This document shows positions 53,199 through 64,000 of a stretch of DNA of 64,000 bases, one piece after another; positions within the stretch are counted from its first letter, which is position 1, and each line of letters starts with the position of its first letter. The notes beneath the pieces are model-generated. The model was not told the origin of the DNA and did no database searches. It worked only from the letters and a program-made list of their open reading frames with translations. Source of the DNA: Bugula neritina (lineage: Eukaryota; Animalia; Bryozoa); the NCBI GenBank assembly GCA_964035545.1, contig OZ037772.1, forward strand, positions 11,902,818 to 11,966,817. The letters run 5' to 3'. Made by a program: the position numbers and the translations under genes.

Positions 53199-54686
53199 GT
53201 TGAATCTTTTGAGTCTAAAAAGATATATAATATTACTATTGTTGAGTTTTTTATTTGTTGGTAAATCTTTATTATAGATTACAACAACTATAGGATGTGT
53301 TGTTTATTATTTTAGTGCTAGGGTATGGCTACATGAGGACCAAAACGCAGAAGCAAAGATTACATACGGTGCTCGCTAAATAGTGATCATGCAGTTATAA
53401 TTAGATTATTTCTGCATACAAGCTGGCCGTTCATCATTTGGTGGGCTAAAATCCACATGAAATTCATTTCTCTGTGTTATATCTTGAAGTGTTTGAAGTG
53501 CAGCCTATTCTAAAGATGTCACCTTGCTCACCAATAAGTTTAAAATAATAATATATTTTTTTTTTCAATTTGATTTATTTTTTTAACACTTTATATACAG
53601 TTGGCTTTGTACAACTATTCATGCAGTCTATTTATCAAATGGATCATTTACTCAAATACATAATTATAATTTAAAAAAACTAAATGAGTGTTTGATCAGT
53701 CTTACAAAACAATAATTGAATAATTTCAAACATATGCTATATTATGCATATGTGTATGAAATGAAAAAAGATCTATTTTGCATGAAAATATATATTTGCT
53801 ATACCTTTATATTATGTTTATATTTTGCTTACACAAATATTTTTTTCTAAACAGCTAGCATTTCTTATGGATAATAACTATTTTATCTCCAGCAAATTAG
53901 CTAAATAAACTTCAATCATATTTGAAATAAATGCTGATTTTACACAAAATAAAAAGTGAATTATATACTTGGAAAAAACAACCTAAAGTCATTTTATCAA
54001 CTTAGCCTTTATATGTTTTCTTACACGGTTGTTTTATTCATATTACCTGCGTTTCTTACCTGGTAATATGATCTAGAACATGGCTATAAAACAATAGAAA
54101 ACTTCCCAATAAAGCAAAGTGATACTGGAAAAACTTCAAACTTTAGAAATCTGCCAATAAGGCCTACTGATTATAGTACTGAGAAGGTCAAGGACCATCA
54201 GTGATGCCAGGAATGGCGTTTGGTTCTGATTGGTCCAAGTAAAATGCCCTCAAACTATCTTGTAAGCATAGTAAGACCATTAGGGGTTATCACAAGGATC
54301 AATATATATAACACAAACATGAATTTGATGTTAAATGATGTGTTAATCAGTGGTTGCATCGATGAAACATAGGAATACTGCCTAATGTTGATTTTCTGGG
54401 TGTAATACTTTTAAATTTAACCCTGGATAGTGTCATGCAAAGTCCTATAAATGGCAATTTATCTGTGCTATCTAGGGGTGATTGGGTCGCTTCAGACAGC
54501 GCATTATATTCCTAAGTTGACCCTCGACCTATATTGTTTGCTCTTCAGAATAATATTGACATGCATATATTTATCTGTCAGGGTAGACTTGATAATGTGG
54601 AGGTTTTACTCTTTCACATGGACAGGCTATTTATTTTACAGATTAAACATCATGTGGCTTATCTGTTAAGTTACTTATAAGATAAA

Positions 54687-55373
54687 TTTGTCAAAAAGGT
54701 GTATAACGAGGGTTGTGAGGCCATGTATTACCCCGGAGATGGTGTTGTGGTCGAAGCCTCCATGGGCATGACACATCGACCTCTCATTGAGATTGCAATC
54801 TACCCGAGAACAGTTGTGCATCTTGCTGATAACTGCAGGAAATCTAAAATCAGTCAAGTTGCGTTTATACCTCTGCTGAAAAAAGTACCGAGTTTAGGTT
54901 AAAAACGCTTTTCCGGGTACCCCTTTATAGTCAAACTTAAACTCGTTGAAATCATATTGATGCGGTTGCTCACTTTCTGAAATTGAAATTTGACTCGCAT
55001 AATAGCTATTTGATGCCCTTTGTAAATGTCGTGAATTAGTGAAGCGGAAAGCATAAAAGCGATAATTGAGAAAGCGTAGGCTATATAATTATAACCGTAT
55101 AAGTACGTTGTCTAATCGCCAAGGTAATAACTAAATAACGATGTTTACAAGGAGTTATTACTCCTATTCCAAAATTGGCCGATTAAGTTATCACAGTACA
55201 AAAATTTCAACGGGTGGCTTTTACAATGCAATGCAACTCGGAGAAATTTCAACCCGGCCAAATTGAAATTTTGACCGAAAATCATGAAGGTATAAACGCA
55301 ACTTTAGGCTCATCTTGACAGCAACTATTCAAGAACTCAAAACAATTCGGAAGATGCTGATGATGATGTATAG
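54687..55373 (+). pseudogene. 5'-truncated second actinoporin-like copy interrupted by a MITE
   Basis: 54687-54856 matches the C-terminal third of 52545-53198 (CEAMYYPGDGVVVEASMGMTHRPLIEIAIYPR); resumes at ~55307 as AHLDSNYSRTQNNSEDADDDV*. Confidence 0.88.
54857..55303. mobile_element. Harbinger-like MITE (447 bp)
   Basis: 16-bp perfect TIR agttgcgtttatacct / aggtataaacgcaact; flanks tca/tta (imperfect TWA target duplication); absent from the intact paralog. Confidence 0.85.
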
Positions 55374-55478
55374 GACTTTTGACTTTAGTTTAATGGAACA
55401 TAATATTACTAGTACTGAGTTTAGCACAACATATTACTAGTACTGAGTTTAACAGAACATTACTATATAATATAATAT

Positions 55479-55639
55479 ATAATTATAATAAAATACACCT
55501 CGGTTATAATCTCATATGATTATGAATGATTAACAAATGGAAAACAATCAATACTATAATATGGTATTGATCGTTTTCCATTTGTTAATCATTCATAATC
55601 ATATGAGATTATAACCGAGGTGTATTTTATTATAATTAT
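55479..55639. repeat. ~160-bp near-perfect palindrome (hairpin insertion)
   Basis: Arms of ~78 bp with 2 mismatches and a ~3-nt loop. Confidence 0.9.
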
Positions 55640-56062
55640 TAGTGTTAGGGTGGGGCCGCATGCAGACCGAATGCAAGAGCAAACACCCCACACAATGCTG
55701 AATAGTAATTCATTATCTCCCCCCCCCCATATTTGCTGCTCTGTGTTGTATTGGAGCACAGGTACGTCTTCCTATGTTTTGCAATCATTCAATTTTTAGA
55801 ATAATTTCTTTTAAAATTTGACTTGTTTTTTTAACATTTCATATAATGCAGCATTTAATTTTTTACAAACTGTTCTGCTAGCTAATTATTGATTATTGAT
55901 TATAATTAATTTAAATAATTATAACTTGAAAAAGCTCAACTTATGTCTTATAACTTTTTGTCGGATAATTTTATACCTATTCTATATTATAATTATATAA
56001 ATATATATTATATAAAATATATAACATATATTATATATATAAAATATATAATATAGATATAT

Positions 56063-56110
<48 letters not shown>

Positions 56111-56158
56111 GTATACGAGAAACATTGTTATTTATTACTTTATTAAGTAAAGTAATTA

Positions 56159-56198
56159 CACTGATATTTCGGGTACCACTGTACCCATCTTCAGAGTA
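56159..56198 (-). ncRNA. Second identical minimal hammerhead ribozyme (opposite strand)
   Basis: Reverse complement of 57281-57320. Confidence 0.8.
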
Positions 56199-57280
56199 GC
56201 AATGAATGAAATTCAAAAATTAATATGTTACGTTAGACGTTATGCATGACACAAAGAATAGAGAAAGGCAGTTATTGTAAATTATCGAAACTTAGGGAGA
56301 TAATCTTATTTTATATATTACGCAGGTCAAAAATTATACTGAATTTTTTTTTTTGCATAAAAAATAAATTAGAGTTGACAAAAAAATAAAATAGATATCC
56401 AAATATAAAAACAGCAAGAATTAGTGAAACTATGTGAGAGTTGAGTAGTGTGGAGCTATTGATATAGTTTTAGTGGTATGGAGTAATTTTGTTTATTGAG
56501 TTGCGGTTTTATTTGTTTAATGTAGAGAGCTTCGGCTACTTTTCGATGGTGGATTCCTTTAAATGAATGATTTAAAACTGTTACATTGTCTATTGATATG
56601 ATTCCATGATTAGTGGTAGAGATGTGTTGATAAATTTTGGAATTGATGTCATGGCAGTGTTCATGTATCCTGTGTGATAGGCGACGTCCGGTTTCGCCTA
56701 CATATGTTTGTTGACAGGTAGCTTCAGGGCAGGTTATTTTGTAGACTAGGTTGTGAGTGTGTTCTTTATTGGTCTTATCTTTGAGATTAAAATATGAACT
56801 TAAGGGGGTTCCTTTAAATAAAATTCGGGCATCATTCCAAAATTTATCAACACATCTCTACCACTAATCATGGAATCATATCAATAGACAATGTAACAGT
56901 TTTAAATCATTCATTTAAAGGAATCCACCATCGAAAAGTAGCCGAAGCTTTCTACATTAAACAAATAAAACCGCAACTCAATAAACAAAATTACTCCATA
57001 CCACTAAAACTATATCAATAGCTCCACACTACTCAACTCTCACTTAGTTTCACTAATTCTTGCTGTTTTTATATTTGGATATCTATTTTATTTTTTTGTC
57101 AACTCTAATTTATTTTTTATGCAAAAAAAAAAAAAATCAGTATAATTTTTGACCTGCGTAATATATAAAATAAGATTATCTCCCTAAGTTTCGATAATTT
57201 ACAATAACTGCCTTTCTCTATTCTTTGTGTCATGCATAACGTCTAACGTAACATATTAATTTTTGAATTTCATTCATTGC

Positions 57281-57320
57281 TACTCTGAAGATGGGTACAG
57301 TGGTACCCGAAATATCAGTG
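57281..57320 (+). ncRNA. Minimal type I hammerhead ribozyme in the Penelope pLTR
   Basis: tact-CTGAAGA-t-gggtac(agtg)gtaccc-GAAA-ta-TC-agtg: catalytic core, 6-bp stem II, palindromic ATAT stem III, stem I tact/agtg. Confidence 0.8.
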
Positions 57321-57406
57321 TAATTACTTTACCTAATAAAGTAATAAATAACAATGTTTCTCGTATACCTATTTATAATCAAATTGCTAGCTCGTAAAGA
57401 TATATT

Positions 57407-57450
<44 letters not shown>

Positions 57451-58450
57451 CATGTGTGTGTGCGCGTGTGTGAAATTTAAAAAAAGACTCATATGATATA
57501 TATAATTATGTTAATTGCTACAATAGTGAAGTCCCCATACACTTTTGTTTACATTATTTTCTTACAGAGCTTTTAAATCTTTGATGGATAATTATTATTA
57601 TTATATGAACATGCTTAGTCGAGTTAGATTTCGATAATTTAAAGTAAGCAATTATTTTACACAAACTAAAAGATGAATTATACTTAGAAGAAAGAGTCTA
57701 TAAAGTCATCTCATAAACTTAGCTTTAGTTTCCCATATGATTGTTACCTTGGTTTCTTACCTGTCACATATCTAAACTCTTATAGACTCTAGAGTATGGC
57801 TAAACAATAGACACCTTCTCAATGAAGCAAAATCATATTAGATGTTTCAAATTTTAGGAATCAGCCCATTTTACTTATATAGTGATATATATATAAAACT
57901 ATACAGGTTAGCCAAAGCGTCATGTACATGTAGTTCAAGCTGAAAACTGCAAATAATGTATTCAGGTTGAGAGTTGAAGTGTAAAATTTATTACAAAAAA
58001 TATGATAAACTTGTCTGTAATAAAATTACAAGTTTATTGTTTTGCATAGTACTCTTAAACAAGCCGCCATGCATGCATATAGCCAAATAAATAGCAATCT
58101 ATCTGTGCTATCTATAGGGGTGTGTAGGCTGCCTTCAGACAATGTATTGCATACCTAAGTTGACCCTCTGTGCCTGTGTTGTTTGCTCTTCAGGAAAAAG
58201 ATTGACATATTTATCTGTTATTGGTTATATATTCTATCACAGTGACAAGCTATTATCTTCTAGATTAAACACCGTGTGGCTTATCTGTTAAGTTACTTAT
58301 AAGATAAATTCTTTAAAACAATGCAAACAGAGTTAAACTTAAACTCAAATAATCAGACAGTTCTAGTCATAATTTGTAGTTACAGTTACAGTTGTTATTG
58401 AACTCAACCTAGAATTAAAAAGCTTATTTATTGGTAATTTAGATTATCCA

Positions 58451-58620
58451 TGTGTATTATAACATGCATATAGGCTTTTGGTATTTGTGTGTGGAATGTT
58501 TCACCCATTTTCTTACAATGATATCAGTGTGTTCTTCAACTCTGCAACAATTATCATGTCAATACATGATTTTGTATTACAGACAACGTATATAATCTTG
58601 AAGATGCAATAAATTGTTGA
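58451..58620 (-). pseudogene. Second inverted relic of sulfotransferase exon 5
   Basis: Paralogous to 50029-50200; reverse complement gcagagttgaagaacacactgatatc...aaatgggtgaaacattccacacac matches 35315-35375. Confidence 0.7.
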
Positions 58621-58672
58621 AATTTCTAGTGAGTTATAAATACATTTATTTATTAACCAATATTTATTATAT

Positions 58673-61207
58673 CCACAGGTCATACTTTTCATTTTCTGGC
58701 TCTTTGCCAGGTGCTTTATGTTCTATATGAACAATGTTCCACTGATAGCTCGAACAGGTCGAATGTCACAGAAACAAAAAAAATATGAAAAGATAAAGAA
58801 ACTTATGTTCTCCAATATACTTTTTTATTTTTTTCAAAAGCCAATTCATGTTTAAGTTATAGCTTGTTGAAAAACATAGTCCCCCTTCCACATTCTTTTC
58901 AATTTATACGCTCCTGACTTGTTATTGTGTCTCAATATGCCTTGTATTTGAGTGCTTGTTAGTCTCGCTTCACTAACTTTGCCTATACTTCACAAGTGCC
59001 AGTGCTGCTGGCTCAAAAGCTAAATGTTATAAACTGTCAGCTAAAACCCAATCTTGTATTCCTAGGTTAGTTGGCCTAAATAAAACAATAGTCAAATCAT
59101 GATTTCATGTTTTAAAAATTTACTCTATTCTAACCTGCTGCCTAGCTAGTTCTATTTTTGATGTATAATTACAAAATTTGTGATACATTTTTTTGGCAAC
59201 CATGTGATTTATAAAATTATCATTATAATATATTATATAGTATTATGTGTGTTTTTATTATACTGCATAATATCTATTTTATCATTGTTGTGCAAACAAG
59301 TGCAATTAACCTAGTTTTCAAAATGTACCTCTAAATTAACAGAATATCAGTTTAGATATTTTCATGCTTTGTAAGGTAAACCTAAAAAAAGAGGCTGTAT
59401 TCCCAAAGTAAAGGGTGTTGAACTATGAACTATATTAGATTAGCCACTCTGCTACCAAGTGCATCAGTATAATATTATATGAATAGCTCTGATGTTTTGT
59501 CTCCGGTGGCTGGCTGCGATATGATAACTTGGCCAACTTCCAAGAGTTTAAAATTGGCGCAATTATTCAAGAGGTTACATACTGCACAGAGCTAGCAGTG
59601 ATAGTAACCTTGCTATTGGCAGTACTTATTACAACTGCCAGCATATAAGCTGCATTGTAGAATGCCATTGGGGTAGGCTAGTAAAACCAAATTCTGCTCT
59701 CTAATATACCTTAGACACAATGCAGCAACATAATTTTTAGTTTCAAATTACATTTGCCACCCTTACATGAGCTGTGGGCTTCATAAAGATTCATATGATT
59801 AGAGATTTATGCTATAGGCCCTATCTGTGCTAGTGTATGATGAAAATAACACACCATTGTCAAAGTTAACTTCAAGTATGTTGTTTTCCAGAAACTCAGT
59901 AATGTCCATTTATCTCTCGCATACAAATACTTATGTAATAGCATACAGTTTAAGTTTTATTTTAGAGCACATCTGCAAACTCTACAATAAGAGCTTGCTT
60001 TACCAGTCTATTTCAGACCTGTTTTTGTAGCTAGTAATACGCAAGCTACTTATTTTTAAACTTTTGGGTTATTTGTTCAAAACCATTAGCTTTGCTAGTA
60101 ACCCGAGACTATTGCAACATTTGACCGCTATCAGCATGAATTGACAGCCTAATAATTATAACCCATTTGCGGGCGAAATGGTTATGTAATGATAGTTACT
60201 CATATAGTGTACAGCTCATTAACGATGACTGCGTGGTCCAGAGATTAGAGGTGTCAGCGAGGAGTTGGTTGGTCATGGTTCAACCCTGTTTTGTTGCAAT
60301 TTTTTTTGTCATTTCATGCAAATCCTACGCGTGTATAATAAATATGGCTATAATTGTAAAGTTTTTTTTTAACTTTTGTTCAACAGTAAGACAACATACA
60401 TGCATAATAGTTAGATACTGAACACTGGACTAAACCTTAAATTGATCTTATAGAATACAATGTACTTAAAATAATCATATGTGAATTAGAGAAACTGAAA
60501 GTACACTTGCTGCGCTATAGACAGACCTTTACTGACAAGACTGCAAAGTGAAGTGATTTAGCTGAAATTAACTCTGCCAAACAAACAAAGAATTATGTTG
60601 TACTGAGGCATTTTCAATATATTATTGTAACATAGTGAGATGATTCAGCTAAGTGCTAATGTAAAACAGGGAACATTATATTGGCAGAAATCCAATAGAT
60701 TGCCAATTTGTGCGAGAGGGTACTATATGTTATTGTGATAGCGCGCAGAGCGGCAAACGTACTAGAATGTTATAATTAGTCACAGGAGCGTAGCTAGAAC
60801 CACCATATGAAGAATTTAGAAAATTGCAGTGAAACTTGCAAAATGGTGTATGTTTTTACCAAATTGTGAAGAGCATAAACAGAATTTCAAAAAAAAAGAA
60901 AGTATATTAGAGAAAACATATCAAGGAATGTCAAGTTTAACTTTTAGACTTTATAAAATGAATTCCCTGTGCTACAGCAGTGGAACATGGAGGGTGTAAA
61001 ATTTTACTTTTTATGCAACAACTTTCTCAGAAAATTTTTTATTGAAAAATTAAAAGAGTCTATGAAAGAGGAATGCAAGAGCTATCTTTTCATGTAAAAT
61101 TTGTTAATGTGAGACAAAAACTGTTCGAGCTATCCCCTGGAAACCGTTTATATATAACATAAAGCAGTGCCTGAATCTGGAAAGTAATGACCTTAAACTA
61201 ACTGTGG
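58673..61207. mobile_element. Non-autonomous DNA transposon (~2.5 kb) with CCACAG...CTGTGG ends
   Basis: ~85-bp imperfect TIRs (shared tgctttatgtt..tatat..gatagctcgaacag), AT on both flanks; empty site visible in the paralogous unit near 50250. No transposase ORF. Confidence 0.72.
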
Positions 61208-61296
61208 ATCATAATAAAAATTAAACAAATTTGTCGTGTATACTTAACATAAAAATCGATGCATAAATATTTTACAATAATATACTCAAACAAACC

Positions 61297-62409
61297 TTCT
61301 GACTTTAATCATATCACATGTGGCGTACCACAAGGATCTATATACTTGGTCCCACTCTATTCCTAATTTATATAAATAATCTTCCAGATGTAACTATGCA
61401 TTTAGACCCTATATTATTTGCCAACGATACGAACCTCTTCTTTGAATCAAAAAATCTATTAAACAATATGGACATCATAAACTGTGAATTAAAGAAAATT
61501 GAAACTTGGTGCAATAAAAATAAATTAACTGTAGACATGAGTAAAACAAACTATATGAGAATCAAAACAGCGCAAAATAAACAACATTTAAATGGCTTTG
61601 CCTTAGAAATGTTCAACAAAAATTAGTGGAGGTAAAATCAACTACCTTCTTAGGTATTATAATAGATTCACATCTTTCTTGGCAACAACATTGCAGCAAA
61701 CTTTGTCAAAACCTAAGGCCCTTAGTAGGCCTGATAAGTAAATGTTCCCATCACCTACCTAGAAAAATTCTAATACAAATATATAACTCTTTTGTAAATT
61801 CTAAATTAACATATTGCCTAGAATCGTGGGGTAATGCAGCAAACATTTATCTTGAACCGTTACATTTACTACAAAAGAAAATACTGAGAATTATATATAA
61901 AAAGCATCACCTTTCCCCATCAAAACCATTGTTTCTTAGTTCTTCAATCATGCCTATTCACACTCTACACAAATTCAAACTAATACTGCTCTCACATAAA
62001 CTTTACTATTCTCAACTAACACATCTCACACATAACTATCCCACAAGATTTTCTGAGTTCAGCCTACAAACTCCTCCATCATCAACTGCTGCAGGTCAAC
62101 GAAGAGTGGAATTCCAATGTTCGTCGCTATGGAATAAATTGCCTAGTTCTATTCGTGCTGTGGGGAGGGAGGCTGGTTTCAAACTTGCCCTGAGAGGCCA
62201 CCTAATGGCAAATTTCCAAATAAAAAAAATAAAACTCTTTGAGTTGCTGAAACTTCCAAAAACCTAAACAAAAATCTTATATAACTGTCAACCATTCATG
62301 GCTCGGTGCCTCGACTAGCTACAGTGCTATTGCGCCATAGGCCTTGTCATTTTGTTTATTTTTTCTCAATTAATTTTTTCCCGACTACGACAAAATAAAA
62401 CACACAAAC
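61297..62409 (+). mobile_element. Decayed 5'-truncated LINE (RT C-terminal half)
   Basis: GVPQGSI/LGPTLFLIYINNL with a frameshift, FADD mutated to FAND, second frameshift near 61622, FLGIIID, LWNKLP; A/C-rich tail; empty site at ~50340 in the paralogous unit. Confidence 0.88.
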
Positions 62410-64000
62410 ATGATTGCGCCGCCTAAGCGACATTAGCTTAATGTTGTCAATATTGCTAATTTCAGAATTCTAATGAATTTTAAACAATGATTTGCTATTA
62501 AATAATAATGCAACTTAAAATATGTTATTTTGCAACAGATAATACAAGTGTTTATTTGAATCATTTGCTATTTTTAAATACAAATTAAAGCTTAATGCAG
62601 GTATTTAAGGTGTTACCCAAACCTGTAATTATACAACTCATCAGCAGTAATTTAAAGCTGACAAATTTCACCGAAGGGCTATACTCTACAAATTCCAGAG
62701 CTAGATGTACATTATATGACTCATTTGACAGGTGCTGATAGAAGACAACTCTAATTATAGTAACTATATAGGGAGGGGGCTTCCAATATTTTAACATAAT
62801 ATGAAATAAAGCTTTAACGATGTAAACGTTCAGCAACCAAACAAAATAGATTGAATCTGTAGGCTTGTGAATCCTGTAACATATGGTGAAGCAGTATTTT
62901 CTTGCTATGTTGGTTTACAAATAAATTCATGAATGGTTTAACAAAGAATCCTGTTGAAAGATCAATTGAAACAAATAATAATTTTAATGTATAATAAGTA
63001 ACCCTCATATAAAACAGCGAAGCACCCAATCAAGTGAAGTATAATAGCAGAGAACCTAGGTGGAGTTAGAATAGCTAGTACTTGCAGGTGTGTTGAATAC
63101 AGTTTGGTTTTACATTATAATCCATCAACTATTCAAATTTAGATGCACATATAACACAAAAATTATATCGCTATACAATGGACATACTTATTTTAGGGAA
63201 GCATCTTAATATGTAAATCGCTTTAGCTTATGTATAATAAGGCTGTATTATGAGCTGGTTACTTTGTTTAGCATACTACAACATTGCAAGAGTTGTCTGA
63301 TCTAAGCAAATGATTTCCTTTAGAAAACTACAGGGACAATAACTGGCTACAGTGAGTGTACTTTTTCCTATCTAAAGTAGACTATTATAACAGTGTGACA
63401 TCTGTCTGCTGCATGCAATCAACCTACCTGCCAGTACCTGTCAGTAACTGTCAGATACCCTGCAGCTTTTCAGTCATACGCATCGTTTTCTTATCACTTT
63501 TATAAGCCTTTATTTTCTTGCACAATTTTATTCTAACACTTCTCTTTACAGCTGCAAAATTTTGTAAGTATAAATGAAGTTTACACAAAGAAAGTTTGGT
63601 ATATTATCAGTATTGACTAGTCATATGCCTCCATTTGTTAAAAGTAACAAAGTTTTAGCAGATTAATTGTAAAACTTATATTTTTTAAAACAAGAACATT
63701 AATTTCACTCAGTATATGATTATTATAGCTTCTGATCAAAATTGTATTATATAATATAAACTTCTTTCATTATATAATTATAGTGTATATATATATACAT
63801 AAAATATTCAAGTGTGTCTGAATAATACTGTATGGAAGAGCTAGAAACTAGGCCAATTTGCATGCATTATAGTATCAACATAAAGTATATTTTGAACTAA
63901 CAATTTGCTTCATATATAACAAGTTTAAGCAACATTGATACCATACTTTCAGATAGTTCAGATATTCAAACAGAGCATTGCATCTCAAGACTGAGTTTTA
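62410..64000 (+). repeat. Segmental duplicate of 50345-52200 (upstream region and 5'UTR exon of the actinoporin-like gene)
   Basis: Long, high-identity colinear match, e.g. 62840-63100 vs 50750-51010, including the TATAAAA and the candidate non-coding exon. Confidence 0.92.

Larger units (their letters stand above)
56102..57377 (-). mobile_element. 5'-truncated Penelope-like retroelement with inverted pLTR (arms ~545 bp, spacer ~190 bp)
   Basis: Minus-strand frame 56456-56836 reads NLVYKITCPEATCQQTYVGETGRRLSHRIHEH...SKIYQH...RKVAEALYIKQIKPQLNKQNYSIPLKLYQ*, a PLE GIY-YIG endonuclease. The 3' portion is duplicated in inverted orientation, and the element sits in (TA)n. Confidence 0.9.

Overview
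AT-rich eukaryotic (invertebrate metazoan) genomic DNA with spliceosomal introns, so most ORFs in the supplied track are spurious or partial exons. All gene models were assembled by hand from GT-AG junctions. From left to right: (1) the 3' half of a dynamin gene (PH, GED, PRD) with two candidate alternative last exons; (2) a 5'-truncated LINE with an open RT; (3) a 21-exon anoctamin/TMEM16 gene with substitutions in its Ca2+-site asparagines; (4) four intronless ~410-aa paralogs that each appear to carry two tandem, very divergent phospholipid-scramblase (PLSCR/tubby-fold)-like domains, with a homogenised N-terminus, which is the most novel item; (5) a WSCD-type Golgi sulfotransferase without a WSC domain, nested in that cluster; (6) a tRNA-derived SINE; (7) a three-exon secreted single-IGFBP-domain protein missed by the ORF track; (8) a repeat nest with Harbinger-type MITEs, a foldback element and a perfect 18-bp satellite that mimics collagen on both strands; (9) a tandem array of actinoporin-like pore-forming protein units: one intact gene, one truncated MITE-disrupted copy, and the upstream part of a third running off the window. 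The array carries a palindromic Penelope-like element with a GIY-YIG fragment and two minimal hammerhead ribozymes, a 2.5-kb TIR element and a decayed LINE. Family calls come from motif recognition only; no database searches were run.
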